Assembly (NCBI GenBank): GCA_000004695.1 | Contig: CM000154.2 | Location: 1,312,001 to 1,376,000 of the forward strand | Reading direction: 5' to 3' | DNA from: Dictyostelium discoideum | Taxonomy: Eukaryota | Length of the DNA: 64,000 nt | Shown here: positions 50,381 to 63,733 of the stretch, piece after piece | Layout: the number at the start of each line of letters is the position of its first letter | How positions within the stretch are numbered: position 1 is the first letter of the stretch | Made by a program: the position numbers and the translations under genes | Notes under the pieces: model-generated | What the model saw: the letters and a program-made list of their open reading frames with translations, nothing else | The model's database searches: none | What the model was told of the DNA's origin: nothing

Positions 50381-50748
50381 CCACCAACTTTTTGACCATC
50401 AACATTATTACTAAGCATGATTGAACCTGCACACGTACCCCAAATAAAATTACCTTGTTTTATATATTCTTTTAAAAATGTGAAAATATTTTCACCATCA
50501 TTATTTGATGATGCGATAATTGCCATTGATGTACTTTCACCACCTGGTAAAATTATACCATGTGGATTTAATTTTTTAATATCTGAAACTGACTTCACCT
50601 CTTGGACAATAATTGAATATTTATATTTATTTTCACATTCACTAAAACAATGTTTAATTGATTTAACCATTTCAACATGTTCTTTAAATCCACCTTGAAG
50701 TGCAAGTACTCCAATTTTTATATTATTTTCTTCAATTAATTCTTCCAT
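50381..50748 (-). CDS. pdx2: Pdx2 (PdxT/SNO) glutamine amidotransferase, exon 1 of 2
   Basis: IGVLALQGGFKEH...ILPGGESTSM...WGTCAGSIMLS contains the class I GATase catalytic Cys. Donor GTAAAG leaves phase 2. Total 248 aa. Confidence 0.8.
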
Positions 50749-51518
50749 AATTTTTTTTTTTATTTTTTTTTTTTTTTTTTAATTATTATTGTTTTTTTAT
50801 TTTTTTATTATTGTTTATTAATTTTGATCAAACCTATGAAAATATTAAATAAATTAAAAAAAAATTAATTTCTGTTTTTTTTTTTTTTATTTTTTTTTTT
50901 TTTTTTATTTTTTTAATACTTTAAACAATTTAATTTAAAAAAAAAAAAAAAAAAAATAAAAATAAAATTAAAATTAAAATAAAATAAATTAATTTAAAAA
51001 AAAAAATAAAAAAAAAAAAAAATAAAATAAAATTAAAGAAAAGTTACCTTATTGTTCCAAAAGAATCAAAATTAACTCTATTTGCAGGATTTGAGTCAAT
51101 TTTTTTAATAAAATAAAAAAAAAAAATCAACAAAAGATCAAAAAAAGACCATGGGATTCATGTTCCACTTAATTAAGATGCCACCAAAATAAAAAAAAAA
51201 ATTAAAAAAAAATAAAAAAAAAATAAAAAAACTGAAAGTTATCATTAAGGTTTCCATATAAATTAATTTTTTTTTTTTTAAATTTAATTTTATTTTATTT
51301 TATTTTAATTAAATTTTATTTTTTTTTAATTTATTTTTTTTTTTTAATCCTTAAACAATTTGTAAAAAGGCCTTAAAAACCATTTTGTTTTTTTTTTATT
51401 ATTTTAATTTTTTTTTTTTCCATTTCAACTTCATTATTTCAACTCTACTCTTTTAATACTTTTTTTTAAACATTTTTAAAAAAAAAAAAAAAACTAATTT
51501 ATAAAAAAAAAGTAAGAT

Positions 51519-52436
51519 ATGGAAAACTTAACAGAAAATCAAGCTACAAATAATAATAGTCCATTTAGAATTAAATCTTCATTGGCCCAAATGTTGAAAG
51601 GGGGTGTAATTATGGATGTTGTAACACCAGAACAAGCAAGAATTGCAGAAGAAGCAGGAGCATGTGCAGTAATGGCATTAGAAAAGATTCCAGCCGATAT
51701 TAGACATTTTGGTGGTGTGGCAAGAATGAGTGATCCAGGTATGATTAAAGAAATTATGAATGCTGTTACCATTCCAGTTATGGCAAAAGTTAGAATTGGC
51801 CATTTCGTAGAGGCACAAATTCTTCAAGAGATTGGGGTAGACTATATTGATGAAAGTGAGGTTTTAACAATTGCAGATAATGAAAATCATATTGACAAAT
51901 CCGAATTTAAAGTACCATTCGTTTGTGGTTGTAGAAATCTTGGTGAAGCTTTACGTCGTATCTCTGAAGGTGCCGCTATGATTCGTACAAAAGGTGAGGC
52001 TGGCACTGGTGATGTGGTTGAAGCAGTTCGTCATGCTCGTGCAGTTAATAAAGAAATTAAAAAAATTCAAAATATGGACCCACATGAACTTTACACATAC
52101 GCCAAGGAAATTCAAGCACCACTCGAATTAGTTAAAGAAGTTAAAAGATTAGGTAGACTACCAGTTGTCAATTTCGCTGCTGGTGGTGTTGCCACTCCCG
52201 CTGATGCTGCAATGATGATGCAATTAGGTATGGATGGTGTTTTCGTTGGTTCTGGTATCTTCAAAAGCGGTGATCCAGCCAAAAGAGCAAAAGCAATCGT
52301 TCAAGCTGTAACTCATTTCAATAATCCTCAAATCGTTGCAAAAGTAAGTGAAAATTTGGGTGAAGCAATGGTTGGAATTAATGTTGATACTTTAAAAGAT
52401 AAAGAAAACCAAAATTGGTCAACAAAAGAAAAATAA
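51519..52436 (+). CDS. pdx1: Pyridoxal 5'-phosphate synthase lyase subunit Pdx1 (PdxS/SNZ)
   Basis: The intronless 305-aa ORF is highly conserved: [33 protein letters not shown]...DESEVLT...[27 protein letters not shown]. It is transcribed divergently from pdx2, 770 bp away. Confidence 0.9.
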   Translation: MENLTENQATNNNSPFRIKSSLAQMLKGGVIMDVVTPEQARIAEEAGACAVMALEKIPADIRHFGGVARMSDPGMIKEIMNAVTIPVMAKVRIGHFVEAQILQEIGVDYIDESEVLTIADNENHIDKSEFKVPFVCGCRNLGEALRRISEGAAMIRTKGEAGTGDVVEAVRHARAVNKEIKKIQNMDPHELYTYAKEIQAPLELVKEVKRLGRLPVVNFAAGGVATPADAAMMMQLGMDGVFVGSGIFKSGDPAKRAKAIVQAVTHFNNPQIVAKVSENLGEAMVGINVDTLKDKENQNWSTKEK

Positions 52437-53322
52437 ATAATTTCTATTTTTATTATTTTTTTTTAATTTTCTTTTTTTTTTTTTAAATTAAAATTAAAAT
52501 TCAAATAAAATAAAAAATCTTATTTTTAAAAATATCCAATCTAGATATTTTGTGAAAAAAAAAAAAAGATTTTTTTTTTTTTTTTTTTGTTTAAAAGGTT
52601 TTTTATTTTTTTTTTTTTCTTATGTTTAAAAATATTTTTTCTCTTGCCAAAAAGTAAATTATTAATTATAGTTTTAATATTGATTTCAAAAAAAAAAAAA
52701 AAAAAAAAAAAGAAATTAATAGAAAATAAAAAAGGAATCAATAGGAAAAAAAAAATGACCATTTGGAGAAAAAAAAAAAATTAGTAAATTAAAAAAAGAA
52801 AAATATTTATATAAAAAATAAACTATACAAAACATTAGTATCAATTTTATCCAATCCAAAAAAAAAGAATCAATAAAATCATAAGTCAGATAATGAAAAA
52901 TATTTATATAAAAAATAAACTATTCAAAACACTGGAATCATCATAAATTTAATTATCAAATGGTGAAATGATTGGTATTGTAATTTTAAGTCTAATACTC
53001 TTTTTATTTAAAGAATTAGTTAAAAAATTAAACGGATGTAAAAATTTCAGCATAAAAGTGCTGCGTTGGTGGGTTTGAGACCTTTTTTTTTTTATTTTAC
53101 ACACAAGGGGAGGCCTCCATATAAAAAATTAATATTTTTTTATTTTTAGGTTGGTGACAAAAAAAAAAAAAAAAAAAAAAATCTAAAAAATCATGGTTTT
53201 TTTTTCAACGAAACTGTAAAATTAAAAGTACCTACCCGCACGAAAAAAAAAAAATTTGATATCAAATTTTACTTTTTTTTTTTTTTTCAAATAATTCGAT
53301 TTGATTATTATTCACAAATAAA

Positions 53323-53377
53323 ATGAATTGCTATTTAAACTTATTTTTTATAATTTTAATTATTTCCTTTGTAAATT
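53323..53377 (+). CDS. Type-I membrane glycoprotein paralog A, exon 1 (signal peptide MNCYLNLFFIILIISFVN-)
   Basis: ATG 53323, hydrophobic signal peptide, donor GTTAGT leaving phase 1. The structure parallels paralog B. Confidence 0.45.
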
Positions 53378-53464
53378 GTTAGTTTTTTTTTTAAAAAAAA
53401 AAAAAAAAAATTATAAAAATTTTTAAATTGTAAACATTAATAACTAATTAAAAAAAATAAATAG

Positions 53465-53758
53465 GTGATGTTTCAATAAAATATTATAACGAACCAATAT
53501 CAGATGATTATATAGCAAATGTAAATGGCAATTGTTCTCAAAAAATCTGTTTCTTGGCCATTTCAAATAAAAATATTTCCGATATAAGTGCTTATGGAAT
53601 TCCTTTTACTTTATTACATGATCCATTTTTTGGACCAATTTCTTATGTTGAACTTTCAGTTTTTTCAAATACATCCTCGCCATCAACTATAATTACAATT
53701 GCAATTACAGAAAATGATGGAGCAATAACTCATTTTTTTAAAACAACCTATTGTTTGC
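53465..53758 (+). CDS. Paralog A, exon 2
   Basis: Acceptor 'aaatag'. CDVSIKYYNEPISDDYIANVNGNCSQK... is in frame with track ORF 53554..53766. Donor GTATGT at 53759 leaves phase 1, homologous to exon 2 of paralog B. Confidence 0.55.
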
Positions 53759-53856
53759 GTATGTAATTTTTTACAAAAATAATATTAATTATATAATAAT
53801 AATAATATAATACTAAAAAAAAAAAAACATATATATATATATATAATTCTTAATAG

Positions 53857-56800
53857 TTCAAGAGACAACAAATTTCCAATTAGTTTTTAAAAATTCACCA
53901 TTTTTTTTAAATGAACCAATGTCAATAGATTCAGAATTTGGTACTAATAGTGGAGGTCCAAAAATGGTTGTACAGTTCATTGGTAATACACCTTCGGTTT
54001 TTAAAAAATTTTCAAGTAATTCATTATTCAACTCAACAGTTAAACTTTTAGGAAATAAAGCAACAAGTAGACTCTATGAAGTAACAATGTTTCCCATATC
54101 AATGCCAAGTATTAATTTTGAAAATCATAATCTTACTTATAAATATAATAGTGGTAGTGGAGAATTACAAACAACTTCATCATTTACACCAATATATTTT
54201 ACTGAATCTCACTATAATACATTTTTTCCTGCAATAAATTCAAAAAATAATATAATATATCAAGTTGATTTTCAATTCACAACTGATATCTATCCATATG
54301 GTTCAATGGTTTGTACTAATTGTTATATTTTCCTAGTTGCAAATAATGGATCCAGGGTGCAATTTCTTATTTATTTTAATAAAATTGGTTCTTACAATTC
54401 TACTGGTACATTTTCTAATGATGCACTCCATAACAATATGTATTTTACAAAAACTATTACAATTAAACCTGATAATTTTTCAAATGGTACAGAGATGACA
54501 TTGGTCTTCCAAGATACTGCATTTGGTACAACACCAATGGGGTTTTCAGCAATTTTAACTGGTGTTCCAGTATTACCAAATACACCAGTAACAATATATT
54601 ATCCAAGTGGCCTTAAAAGACAATTATGGTTTAATCAACCTCCATTCGGGTTAATAGATGGTTTTATGGTGGGTTTGGTCAATAAATTCAATGTCATGTT
54701 TACTATTAAACTATCAAAGTATATGAGTGGTACATTAAGATATAGTTTTAATTCAAACAATCAAAAATCACCAATAGAAATACCATTGCCAACTCAAATT
54801 GATCCACAGTTAATTGATACAGAATCACCAATAGTAACATCAGCTATTGTAGTAGGCGATATTGGTAAAATGAAATTAGTTATTCAAATGGCAATTACAG
54901 ATGATATTTCAGGTTTTTCAGCTTTTGTATGTTTAGATACAAATGAAATCATTTTCGATTATAAAAATTTAATGCTTGGAGGTACAATTAATAATGGTGT
55001 CTATAGCTTTATCTATGATTATGGTTTCACACCAGTTTGTAAAAATTCAGCATTTTTAGATTTCGCAGGTAATGCACAAGTTCAAAATCAACCATTCACT
55101 GATTTTATTAGATCATTTATAAATGCTACTACCAATATTAAATATTTAATGATGAATACACCAAGTTATCAAGCAAAAACATTATCAGATTTTCAAGAAT
55201 TTTATTTTGCATTTAATAATATCAGTTTAACAAATCAAGGTTTTTATAATACATTATATTTCAAATTCAAAGATAATAATAATGATCCAGATTATTGTAT
55301 TAAATTTAGATTAGCAATTTCAGGTGGATATCCAAATCCAATAGATTATTACTCAATATGGGATAATAATTTACAAATGTATAAAGTTGAATTTTATATT
55401 CCACCAAATCTATCAAAAATTAATATACTTTATTATATTTATTTAGGACTTGATTATGAAACTCAATATTCAACATCACATTTCCAATCATGGGTCAGTT
55501 CAAACAATGCAACATTATCAGTATACTCAAATATTGGTGATATGATGCCACCTTTGGTTCGTTCATTACTAATTAGCCCATCAACTGTGGATTCAGATAG
55601 CTTTTTAAATTATTATTTAATCATTGAAGATGTATACAATGGATTTGGTTATGGAGAAATTACAATTATGGGTTCAGTGGATTTTATACAATGGAATTTT
55701 ACATTTTCATCTGGTGAAAATAAAAATCCATTGGTTGATGTTTATAATTTTTCAATATATATTCCAAAGTGTATATCCCAATCCTACAATATCTATCATT
55801 TGAAATTAGTAGATAAAGCAGGAGTATTCTCAGAGTATACATTTGGTAAATCACAGCCTTTCCCAATCATCGATCCTTTGGTTAAAATAGTTGTTAATGA
55901 ATACAAATTCAATTGCTCAGTTAATCTTTATTCAAACTCTTTACCAGTTTTGAAAGATTTTACATTTGAACCATTATCAATAGATGTAGGTGGCCCAGAT
56001 TCATCAAGAACTGTTATATTTAAAATGGTGGTGGATGGTGCAGCCAAAGCAGGTTCAAAACCCACCATTTATTTAGGTGATACTTATATAAACTATGTAA
56101 CAGTACCAGTTTTATCAGATGGTGTATTTGATCCAATTGCAAATATCACAACATTTACAGTTTCAACAATTATTCCATATGGTTTTGGTTATCCAGAAGG
56201 TATTTTATTAAATGTATTTGGAATTCAAACTACATATTCCACATTTCAAGGTTATTCTTCACTGGATTTACGAGATGCTAATTTCACATATACACTTTTA
56301 ACTCCAACATTCTCTTCTTATCCAAAAATGACTTCATATTTACCAATTTCAGCCAATGGAGGAGAGTTAACTATTTTTGGAAGAGAATTATCAACAATAG
56401 CAAATTCATTTTATAGAATTATATATTCGGTAAATAGTAGTAATTCTACACCAGTGGCTTCAAATATTAATGTAAAATACATTTCTAATGTTGCAATTAA
56501 ATTAAATGTTTCTTCAACAACTGGTCCATTCACGATTGAATATACAACCTCATCAAAAACCATTGATACAATCACTATATATCCATATCATGATTATTGG
56601 AATCCAAACCCAGTAACACCAACACCAACCGAAACACCAACAGTACCACCTACTATAGCACCAACTGAAACACCAACAGTACCACCAACAAATCCACCAC
56701 AAAAATGTGGTGGTAATCCACAATGTGGTGGTGAGTCAAAAGGTAATTGTGTGAATGGAGTAGGTTGTGTTTGTATTTCACCATGGATTGGAAGTGAATG

Positions 56801-57698
56801 TCAATCAAGAATTATTACTATCCCACCACCAGTCATAGATCCAACAAATCCAAATCAAAATTTAACATTAAATTCAACAGGTACAAACGAATTCACATTG
56901 GTCAGTTTAGTATCATTAGTATCATTAAGAGAATTAAATTTTAAAAATGAATTAGTTAGATCATTCCGTTTCGATAAATGGAAATTAATATCAAACACTA
57001 CAACCGATAGTAATTATATAACAGATGTAATAGACCCAAAAAATAATAATACAATTTGTTCAGTTAATGTTTCAACTACTTGGTATCAAACAAAAACAGA
57101 TATCGAATTTGCAGGTCAAAAATTAACAATGAATCCAAGTACATTAAAATATAATATCAATATTACATCATTCCCATTCACATATGGATTGAATACACTT
57201 CAATTAGTAATGTCAGCAACAGCACAATCAACATCACAACAAGATGATCAATGTTCATCCAATGAATTTGGTGATACTACATCAAATGATAATTCAAATT
57301 ATCTTCAACTATCAGTCAATCAACATTCACTCTATGGTAGATTTATTAAAAGAGGTATTGTAGATAACAATATCAAATCAATTGGTAATGAAATTTTAAA
57401 AGATCTCTCAAGTGAAAACTCTTATTACATTTCACAATCATATATTGGTATAAATATTCCATTTTACAAAGAATCTGTTCAATTAGATCCAGATTTCTCA
57501 GTTTTATTAGATCAAAGATCAGCATCATCAATTTGTAATAATAAAGGAAATAAATTATCAAAAGGTGCTATCATTGGTATATCAATTGGGTGTGCTGCCT
57601 TCACTATCATTGTTGTAACTTTAGTTGCAATACTTTTAAAGAATAAATATTTCTTTAAAAGTGTTCAATTAAAAGTGATTAAAATGGTGGCAAAATAA
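53857..57698 (+). CDS. Paralog A, exon 3 (about 1280 aa): N-glycan-rich beta-rich ectodomain, P/T linker, Cys-rich EGF-like module (CGGNPQCGGESKGNCVNGVGCVCISPWIGSECQ), TM helix, short tail
   Basis: Acceptor 'cttaatag' at 53856, in frame with track ORF 53919..57698. The TM segment is AIIGISIGCAAFTIIVVTLVAILL near the C-terminus. Confidence 0.75.
56690..57600 (+). repeat. Near-identical about 0.9-kb segment (copy 1) shared by the 3' coding ends of the tandem paralogs
   Basis: Sequence from 'ccaccacaaaaatgtggtggtaatccacaatgtggtgg' onward is almost base-for-base identical to 61914..62824, at an offset of 5224 bp. Identical antisense track ORFs 57373..57561 and 62597..62785 confirm it. Confidence 0.85.
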
Positions 57699-58519
57699 TA
57701 AATAAAACATTTCCACTTGTGTATTTATAAGTTATAAATAGATTTTTACAATATTTTAATTTTTTTTTTTTTTTAGAAAATAAAATTTTATTTGATATAG
57801 TCATTTATTTATTTATTTTTTTTTGTTTTTTTTAAAAGAATAATCTAAAACGATCTGGAAACAATTCTCTTTAAAGAATTTAGAGCGAAATTTGGAAACA
57901 ACAATAGTGTGGTGGGCAATCAATTTTTTATTAGTAATTTCTTTTTTTTTTTTTTTTTTTTAGTAAATGGGGGTTGTTTACCACTTTGAAACTATTTTTA
58001 ACTGATTTAAAATAATTTATTTAATATTTAATTTTCAATGTGTCCATAGTTAAAAATGCTCTTTAATTTATTTGTTTTACTTGTAATGGATGTGGATTAC
58101 AATAATTTTATAGACTATCATTTAATTTTAAAAAATCCTATAGTTCTTTTATTGTATCAGTTTCAAATAAAAAAAATAGATATTTATTTTAATTTTACCA
58201 GTATTAATATTTCAAAATCCCAAAAAAAACCGAAAGGCGTTTCTTTACATTTTTTAGTTGAATTTCAAAGAAAAAATTTTAATATGTTTTTTCAAATCAA
58301 ATTTATTATAATTATTGAAAAAAAAAAAAAAATTATTTAAAAATTATTTAAATCTATATTCCATGTACTTTTATTTTAAATAGGTTTATAAATAACCAAT
58401 AATAACAACAGTTATTAATATTAAATAAAAAATAAAAAATGAATTTTCATAAAAAAAAACGAAAAAAAATCTTTCCCGGCTCCTCTTTTTTTACACTATT
58501 AAATTCGCAACATATAAAT

Positions 58520-58554
<35 letters not shown>

Positions 58555-58560
58555 AAAAAA

Positions 58561-58633
58561 ATGATTAACATTAATATAAACAAAATATTTATTTTGATTT
58601 TCTTTATTATAACTTATATAAACATAATTAAGG
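58561..58633 (+). CDS. Type-I membrane glycoprotein paralog B, exon 1 (signal peptide MINININKIFILIFFIITYINIIK-)
   Basis: ATG 58561, donor GTAATT leaving phase 1. Confidence 0.5.
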
Positions 58634-58664
58634 GTAATTATAATAATAAAAATTCTGAAAATAG

Positions 58665-58698
<34 letters not shown>

Positions 58699-58723
58699 TT
58701 TTAATTAAAAATATTGCAAACAG

Positions 58724-59014
58724 GTGATATATCAATAAAGTATTATGATGAACCATTACCGGAAAATTTTGTTGCTGATTCAATTGGTAATTGTAAAGTA
58801 AAGTATTCTTTGTTTATAAAAAGCGATGTGCCAATAAAATCCATAGAAACTTCTCCAAGTGCCACAAATCCATTTGGTGAATTAAATAAATTAAATACCA
58901 CATTCTCGTTTCAAATAATATCAAATTTAGATTCGCCAAACTTTACACTCACAGTAATAATTATTGATAATAATTTAAAAGAATTTAGAGATTCAAGAAT
59001 AGTATATTGCGTTA
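58724..59014 (+). CDS. Paralog B, exon 2
   Basis: Acceptor 'caaacag'. GDISIKYYDEPLPENFVADSIGNCKVK... is in frame with track ORF 58714..59025. Donor GTAAGT. Confidence 0.6.
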
Positions 59015-59095
59015 GTAAGTTATAGTTTTAATATTATATTTTTCAATTTTTATTTTTACAATTATTCAATTTATCATTTCAATAAAATAATAAAA

Positions 59096-59133
<38 letters not shown>

Positions 59134-59137
59134 TTAG

Positions 59138-62100
59138 AATTAAATAATTATGGCCCAACAACAGAATATTTATTACAGACAAAGAAAAATAAAAGTAAAC
59201 TTTTTTTAAATGGTGTAATTAGTAAAAGTTCAAATACAGGAAAAGTAAGTGGGCCATTAATTGTTGTTGAATATATTAGTAATACACCACCACTTTTAGA
59301 ATCATTATACCCCAATCCATTTGATTTATTAATAAAACCATTAGGAAATAAAAAAACAAGTATATTGTATGAAATTTTATTTTTTACTTCAGCACCAAAC
59401 TATTTTTTCGACCAACTTGAAATATTTTATGCATGGGGTAGTTTTAAAATAGAACAAGCTCCCTCAACAAATCCCCAAATTATATTTTCCCAAATTTCTA
59501 TTTTTCCAACAGTTCAACCGAGTGCTAGTGCAATTGGGCTTTTTAGTTTAAAATTTAATGATTCTTCACAAGAAAGAACAATTAGAATTATCTCTGTAAA
59601 TTCTTATGTATATCCAGCTTTCAATGATGGTTTAAATGTAACATATCTTTGTTATTTTAATGAAAAAGGTAAATCAGATATTAATTTATCATACGGTATC
59701 CAATCTAAACCAATCTTTTCGGGTACTGTAAATATCCAAGCTGAAGATTACTCACAAGGCAAAGAAATGTTATTATTATTCAATGATCAATTAATGAATA
59801 TCACTCCAACAGCATTTACAGTAGTTTTAAGTGGAGTACCACTATTACCACAATATCCAATAAAATTAACATATCCAAGTGGTTTCGAGAGACAATTATG
59901 GCTCAACCAAAATCCATTTTCATTAAAGAATGGTTTTAGAAAAGATTCAATTGATACTTATGAAATAGTTTTCACTGCAAAGTTATCAAAATATTCAAGA
60001 GGTTCACATATTTTAAAATATAATTCAACAAATTACCTTACTTTCGAAGCTACACCTAAACCAGAATTAATTGTTGATAGTAGTCCACCAGACATAATAA
60101 TGGTTCGATCTTTTAATATTGGTAGAATGAAAATAGACATTCAAATTTCAATTATTGATGATATTTCAGGTTTTTCAGCTTTTGTATGTTTAGATACCAA
60201 TGAAATCATTTTCGATTATAAAAATTTAAAAATAGGTGGCACAATAAATAATGGTGTTTATAGTTTTATTTATGATTATGGTTTCACACCAGTTTGTAAA
60301 AAATCAGCATTTTTAGATTTCGCAGGCAATGCATTAGTACAAAATCAATCATTTGTGGATTTAATAGTTTCAAATGGAATGTTTAACTATTTTTCAATTG
60401 ACCTTCCAATTACAAAACCAAAAACATTATCAGATTTTGATCAATTTTATTTTGCATTCAATAATATCAATTTAACAAACCAAGGTTTTTACAATACATT
60501 ATTTTTTAAATTTAAAGATAATGATAATGATCCAGACTATTGTATTAAATTTAGATTGGCAATTTCAGAAGGTTGGCCAAATCCAGTGGATAGTTTTTCA
60601 ACATGGGATTACAATTTGCAAATGTATAGAGTTGACTTTTTTTTACCGTCAAACTTATTAAATATGGATATACTTTATTATATTTATTTAGGACTTGATT
60701 ATGAAACTCAATATTCAACATCACACTTCCAATCATGGGTCAGTTCAAACAATGCAACATTATCAGTATACTCAAATAATGGAGATATAATGCCACCTAT
60801 GGTTCATTATTTAGATTGGCTCATAACTGATATGCTAAACTATTCAATACAAAGGAATTTAATATGGATGTTTAATATTGAAGACCAATATAATGGTTTT
60901 GATATGGGTGAGCTTACAATTATGGGTTCAGTAGATTTTATACCATGGAACTTTAAATTTTCATCAAATAATAAGAATCCACTATCAGATTATTATAACT
61001 TTACAATTTCTATTCCTCAAAATTCAAGAACTCAAACCTATTATATCACTCATTTGAAATTAGTTGATAAAAATGGAATATTTTCTGAATATAATATTAG
61101 TAAACCACAAGTTTTCCCAAACGTTGATCCATTAATTAAAATGCCCTCTCGATCATTTAAAGTTCTTGGTGATGATGATAATCCTATTTCAAGTACACTT
61201 CCAACATTGGTTGATTTCATTATAACACCAAGTTTAATCGATGTCGGAGGTTCAGATATTTCAAGAAATGTTATATTCACTATTAAAACCCAAGATGTGG
61301 TTGGAATTAGACAAGATGTAAAACCAACCATTTATTTAGGTGATACCTATTTAAATTATATACCAGTACCAGTTACATCAGATGGTGTTTTAGATCCAAT
61401 TACAGGTGTCACGACATTTACGGTTTCAACAACTATTCCATATGGTTTTGGTTACCCAGAAGGTATTTTATTAAATGTATTTGGAATTAAAAGCTCACAT
61501 TCTACATTTCAAGGTTATTCATCATTTGATTTACGTGATGCTTTTTTTAGCTATTCAATCACTACTTCAACTTTCTCAGTAGGTACGAAATTATTATCCT
61601 ATTCACCAATTTCAAACAAAGGTGGTCAATTTACAATTTTTGGAAGATCATTAGATGCCATAGAGAATCCTTCTTACTATATTACTTTAAACTCTCAAAC
61701 AAATGTATCAAAAATAATTCCAGACATTCAATTTATTTCAATTAGTAGTTCAGCAGTTATAATTACAGCAGTTCCTTCTAATTCTTCATTTTCAGTATTT
61801 TTAGTAGATTCCTCAAGTAATAATATAATTGATTCAATTATTATTAATCCATATTATGATTATTGGGTATCCAATCCGATAAAACCAACTGAAACACCAA
61901 TAGTATTACCTACAAATCCACCACAAAAATGTGGTGGTAATCCACAATGTGGTGGTGAATCAAAAGGTAAATGTGTGAATGGAGTAGGTTGTGTTTGTAT
62001 TTCACCATGGATTGGAAGTGAATGTCAATCAAGAATTATTACTATCCCACCACCAATCATAGACCCAAAAAATCCAAATCAAAATTTAACATTAAATTCA

Positions 62101-62931
62101 ACAGGTACAAATGAATTCACATTGGTCAGTTTAGTATCATTAGTTTCATTAAGAGAATTAAATTTTAAAAATGAATTAGTTAGATCATTCCGTTTCGATA
62201 AATGGAAATTAATATCAAACACTACAACCGATAGTAATTATATAACAGATGTAATAGACCCAAAAAATAATAATACAATATGTTCAGTTAATGTTTCAAC
62301 TACTTGGTATCAAACAAAAACAGATATCGAATTTGCAGGTCAAAAATTAACAATGAATCCTAGTACATTAAAATATAATATCAACATTACATCATTCCCA
62401 TTCACATATGGATTGAATACACTTCAATTAGTAATGTCAGCAACAGCACAATCAACATCACAACAAGATGATCAATGTTCATCCAATGAATTTGGTGATA
62501 CTACATCAAATGATAATTCAAATTATCTTCAACTATCAGTCAATCAACATTCACTCTATGGTAGATTTATTAAAAGAGGTATTGTAGATAACAATATCAA
62601 ATCAATTGGTAATGAAATTTTAAAAGATCTCTCAAGTGAAAACTCTTATTACATTTCACAATCATATATTGGTATAAATATTCCATTTTACAAAGAATCT
62701 GTTCAATTAGATCCAGATTTCTCAGTTTTATTAGATCAAAGATCAGCATCATCAATTTGTAATAATAAAGGAAATAAATTATCAAAAGGTGCTATCATTG
62801 GTATATCAATTGGGTGTGCTGCATTTACTGTTGTTGCTGTAACTCTACTTGTAATTTTATTAAAGAATAAATATTTCTTTAAAAGTATTCAATTAAAAGC
62901 TATAGAATTAGTAGAAACAAAAAATAAATAA
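59138..62931 (+). CDS. Paralog B, exon 3 (about 1264 aa), same architecture as paralog A. The C-terminal about 300 aa are nearly identical to paralog A
   Basis: Acceptor 'aaaattag', in frame with track ORF 59365..62931. Confidence 0.75.
61914..62824 (+). repeat. Near-identical about 0.9-kb segment (copy 2), in paralog B
   Basis: See copy 1. Identity breaks down only in the last about 25 codons and the 3' UTRs. Confidence 0.85.
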
Positions 62932-63028
62932 AGTATAGTGTATTTATAATAAAAAAATAAATAAAAATTATTAAAAGTATAAAAGAGAAGATATATTTAT
63001 ATATATATGGAAAAAAATTAAATATTAT

Positions 63029-63583
63029 TTATTCTTTTATTTCATTTTTTTCTTTTTTGTGTAATTTTGAGAAAAATGAATGTTTTTTCTCTTTTTTCTC
63101 CTTTTTATTATCACCAAGCTCTTCATTTTCATTTGATATATTATTTTCTTTTGCAAGATTTGGTTGGTTATTTGATTTATAATCGTTTTGTTGATAGTTG
63201 TCATATGCTTGTTTATTTAATTGTACTGGCGGTTGATTATAATTATAGTCCATGTATCCTGGTTGTTGTTGTTGTGGCTGTTGTTGATATTGATTTGGGT
63301 ATTGATCTTGTCTTTGTAAATATTCAGGTGGTACTTGAGCCATTGGGGCGTCATATTTTCCTTTTTTATGATTTTTTTCATTATTTTCAGCTTCAAATTT
63401 AACATCGTCAGGATTATTAAAAGTAGGCATAGTTTCTTTTTCATAATATGGAATTGTTGCACCACAAGACGGACAATGTAAAAACATATTACCATTTTTT
63501 ACTTTAAAGAATGGAATAAAAAATAAGTGAAACCACTCATCATTTTTTACTAATTGAACTCCACTATTTTTACAATTAACACA
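63029..63583 (-). CDS. Small zinc-ribbon protein with a Q/N/Y/P-rich C-terminal tail, exon 3 of 3
   Basis: CVNCKNSGVQLVKNDEWFHLFFIPFFKVKNGNMFLHCPSCGATIPYYEKE... has two CxxC knuckles. The frame stays open 32 codons 5' of the track ORF start (63487) up to acceptor 'aaaaaag'. Confidence 0.55.
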   Translation of the reverse strand, partial: CVNCKNSGVQLVKNDEWFHLFFIPFFKVKNGNMFLHCPSCGATIPYYEKETMPTFNNPDDVKFEAENNEKNHKKGKYDAPMAQVPPEYLQRQDQYPNQYQQQPQQQQPGYMDYNYNQPPVQLNKQAYDNYQQNDYKSNNQPNLAKENNISNENEELGDNKKEKKEKKHSFFSKLHKKEKNEIKE

Positions 63584-63664
63584 CTTTTTTTTTTTTTTTT
63601 TTTTAAAGTTTTAGTTATTTTAAATTATAATATTATTATTACGAAAAAAGTAAATTATAGTTAC

Positions 63665-63733
63665 AATTCTTTTCTTGTTATCAATTAATTTCGACTTTCC
63701 TCTAAGTCCAAATGGAATAATTATTGGAATCCA
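63665..63733 (-). CDS. Zinc-ribbon protein, exon 2 (WIPIIIPFGLRGKSKLIDNKKRI)
   Basis: Acceptor 'tttattacag' and donor GTAACT, in phase 0 on both sides. The hydrophobic stretch suggests membrane association. Confidence 0.4.
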
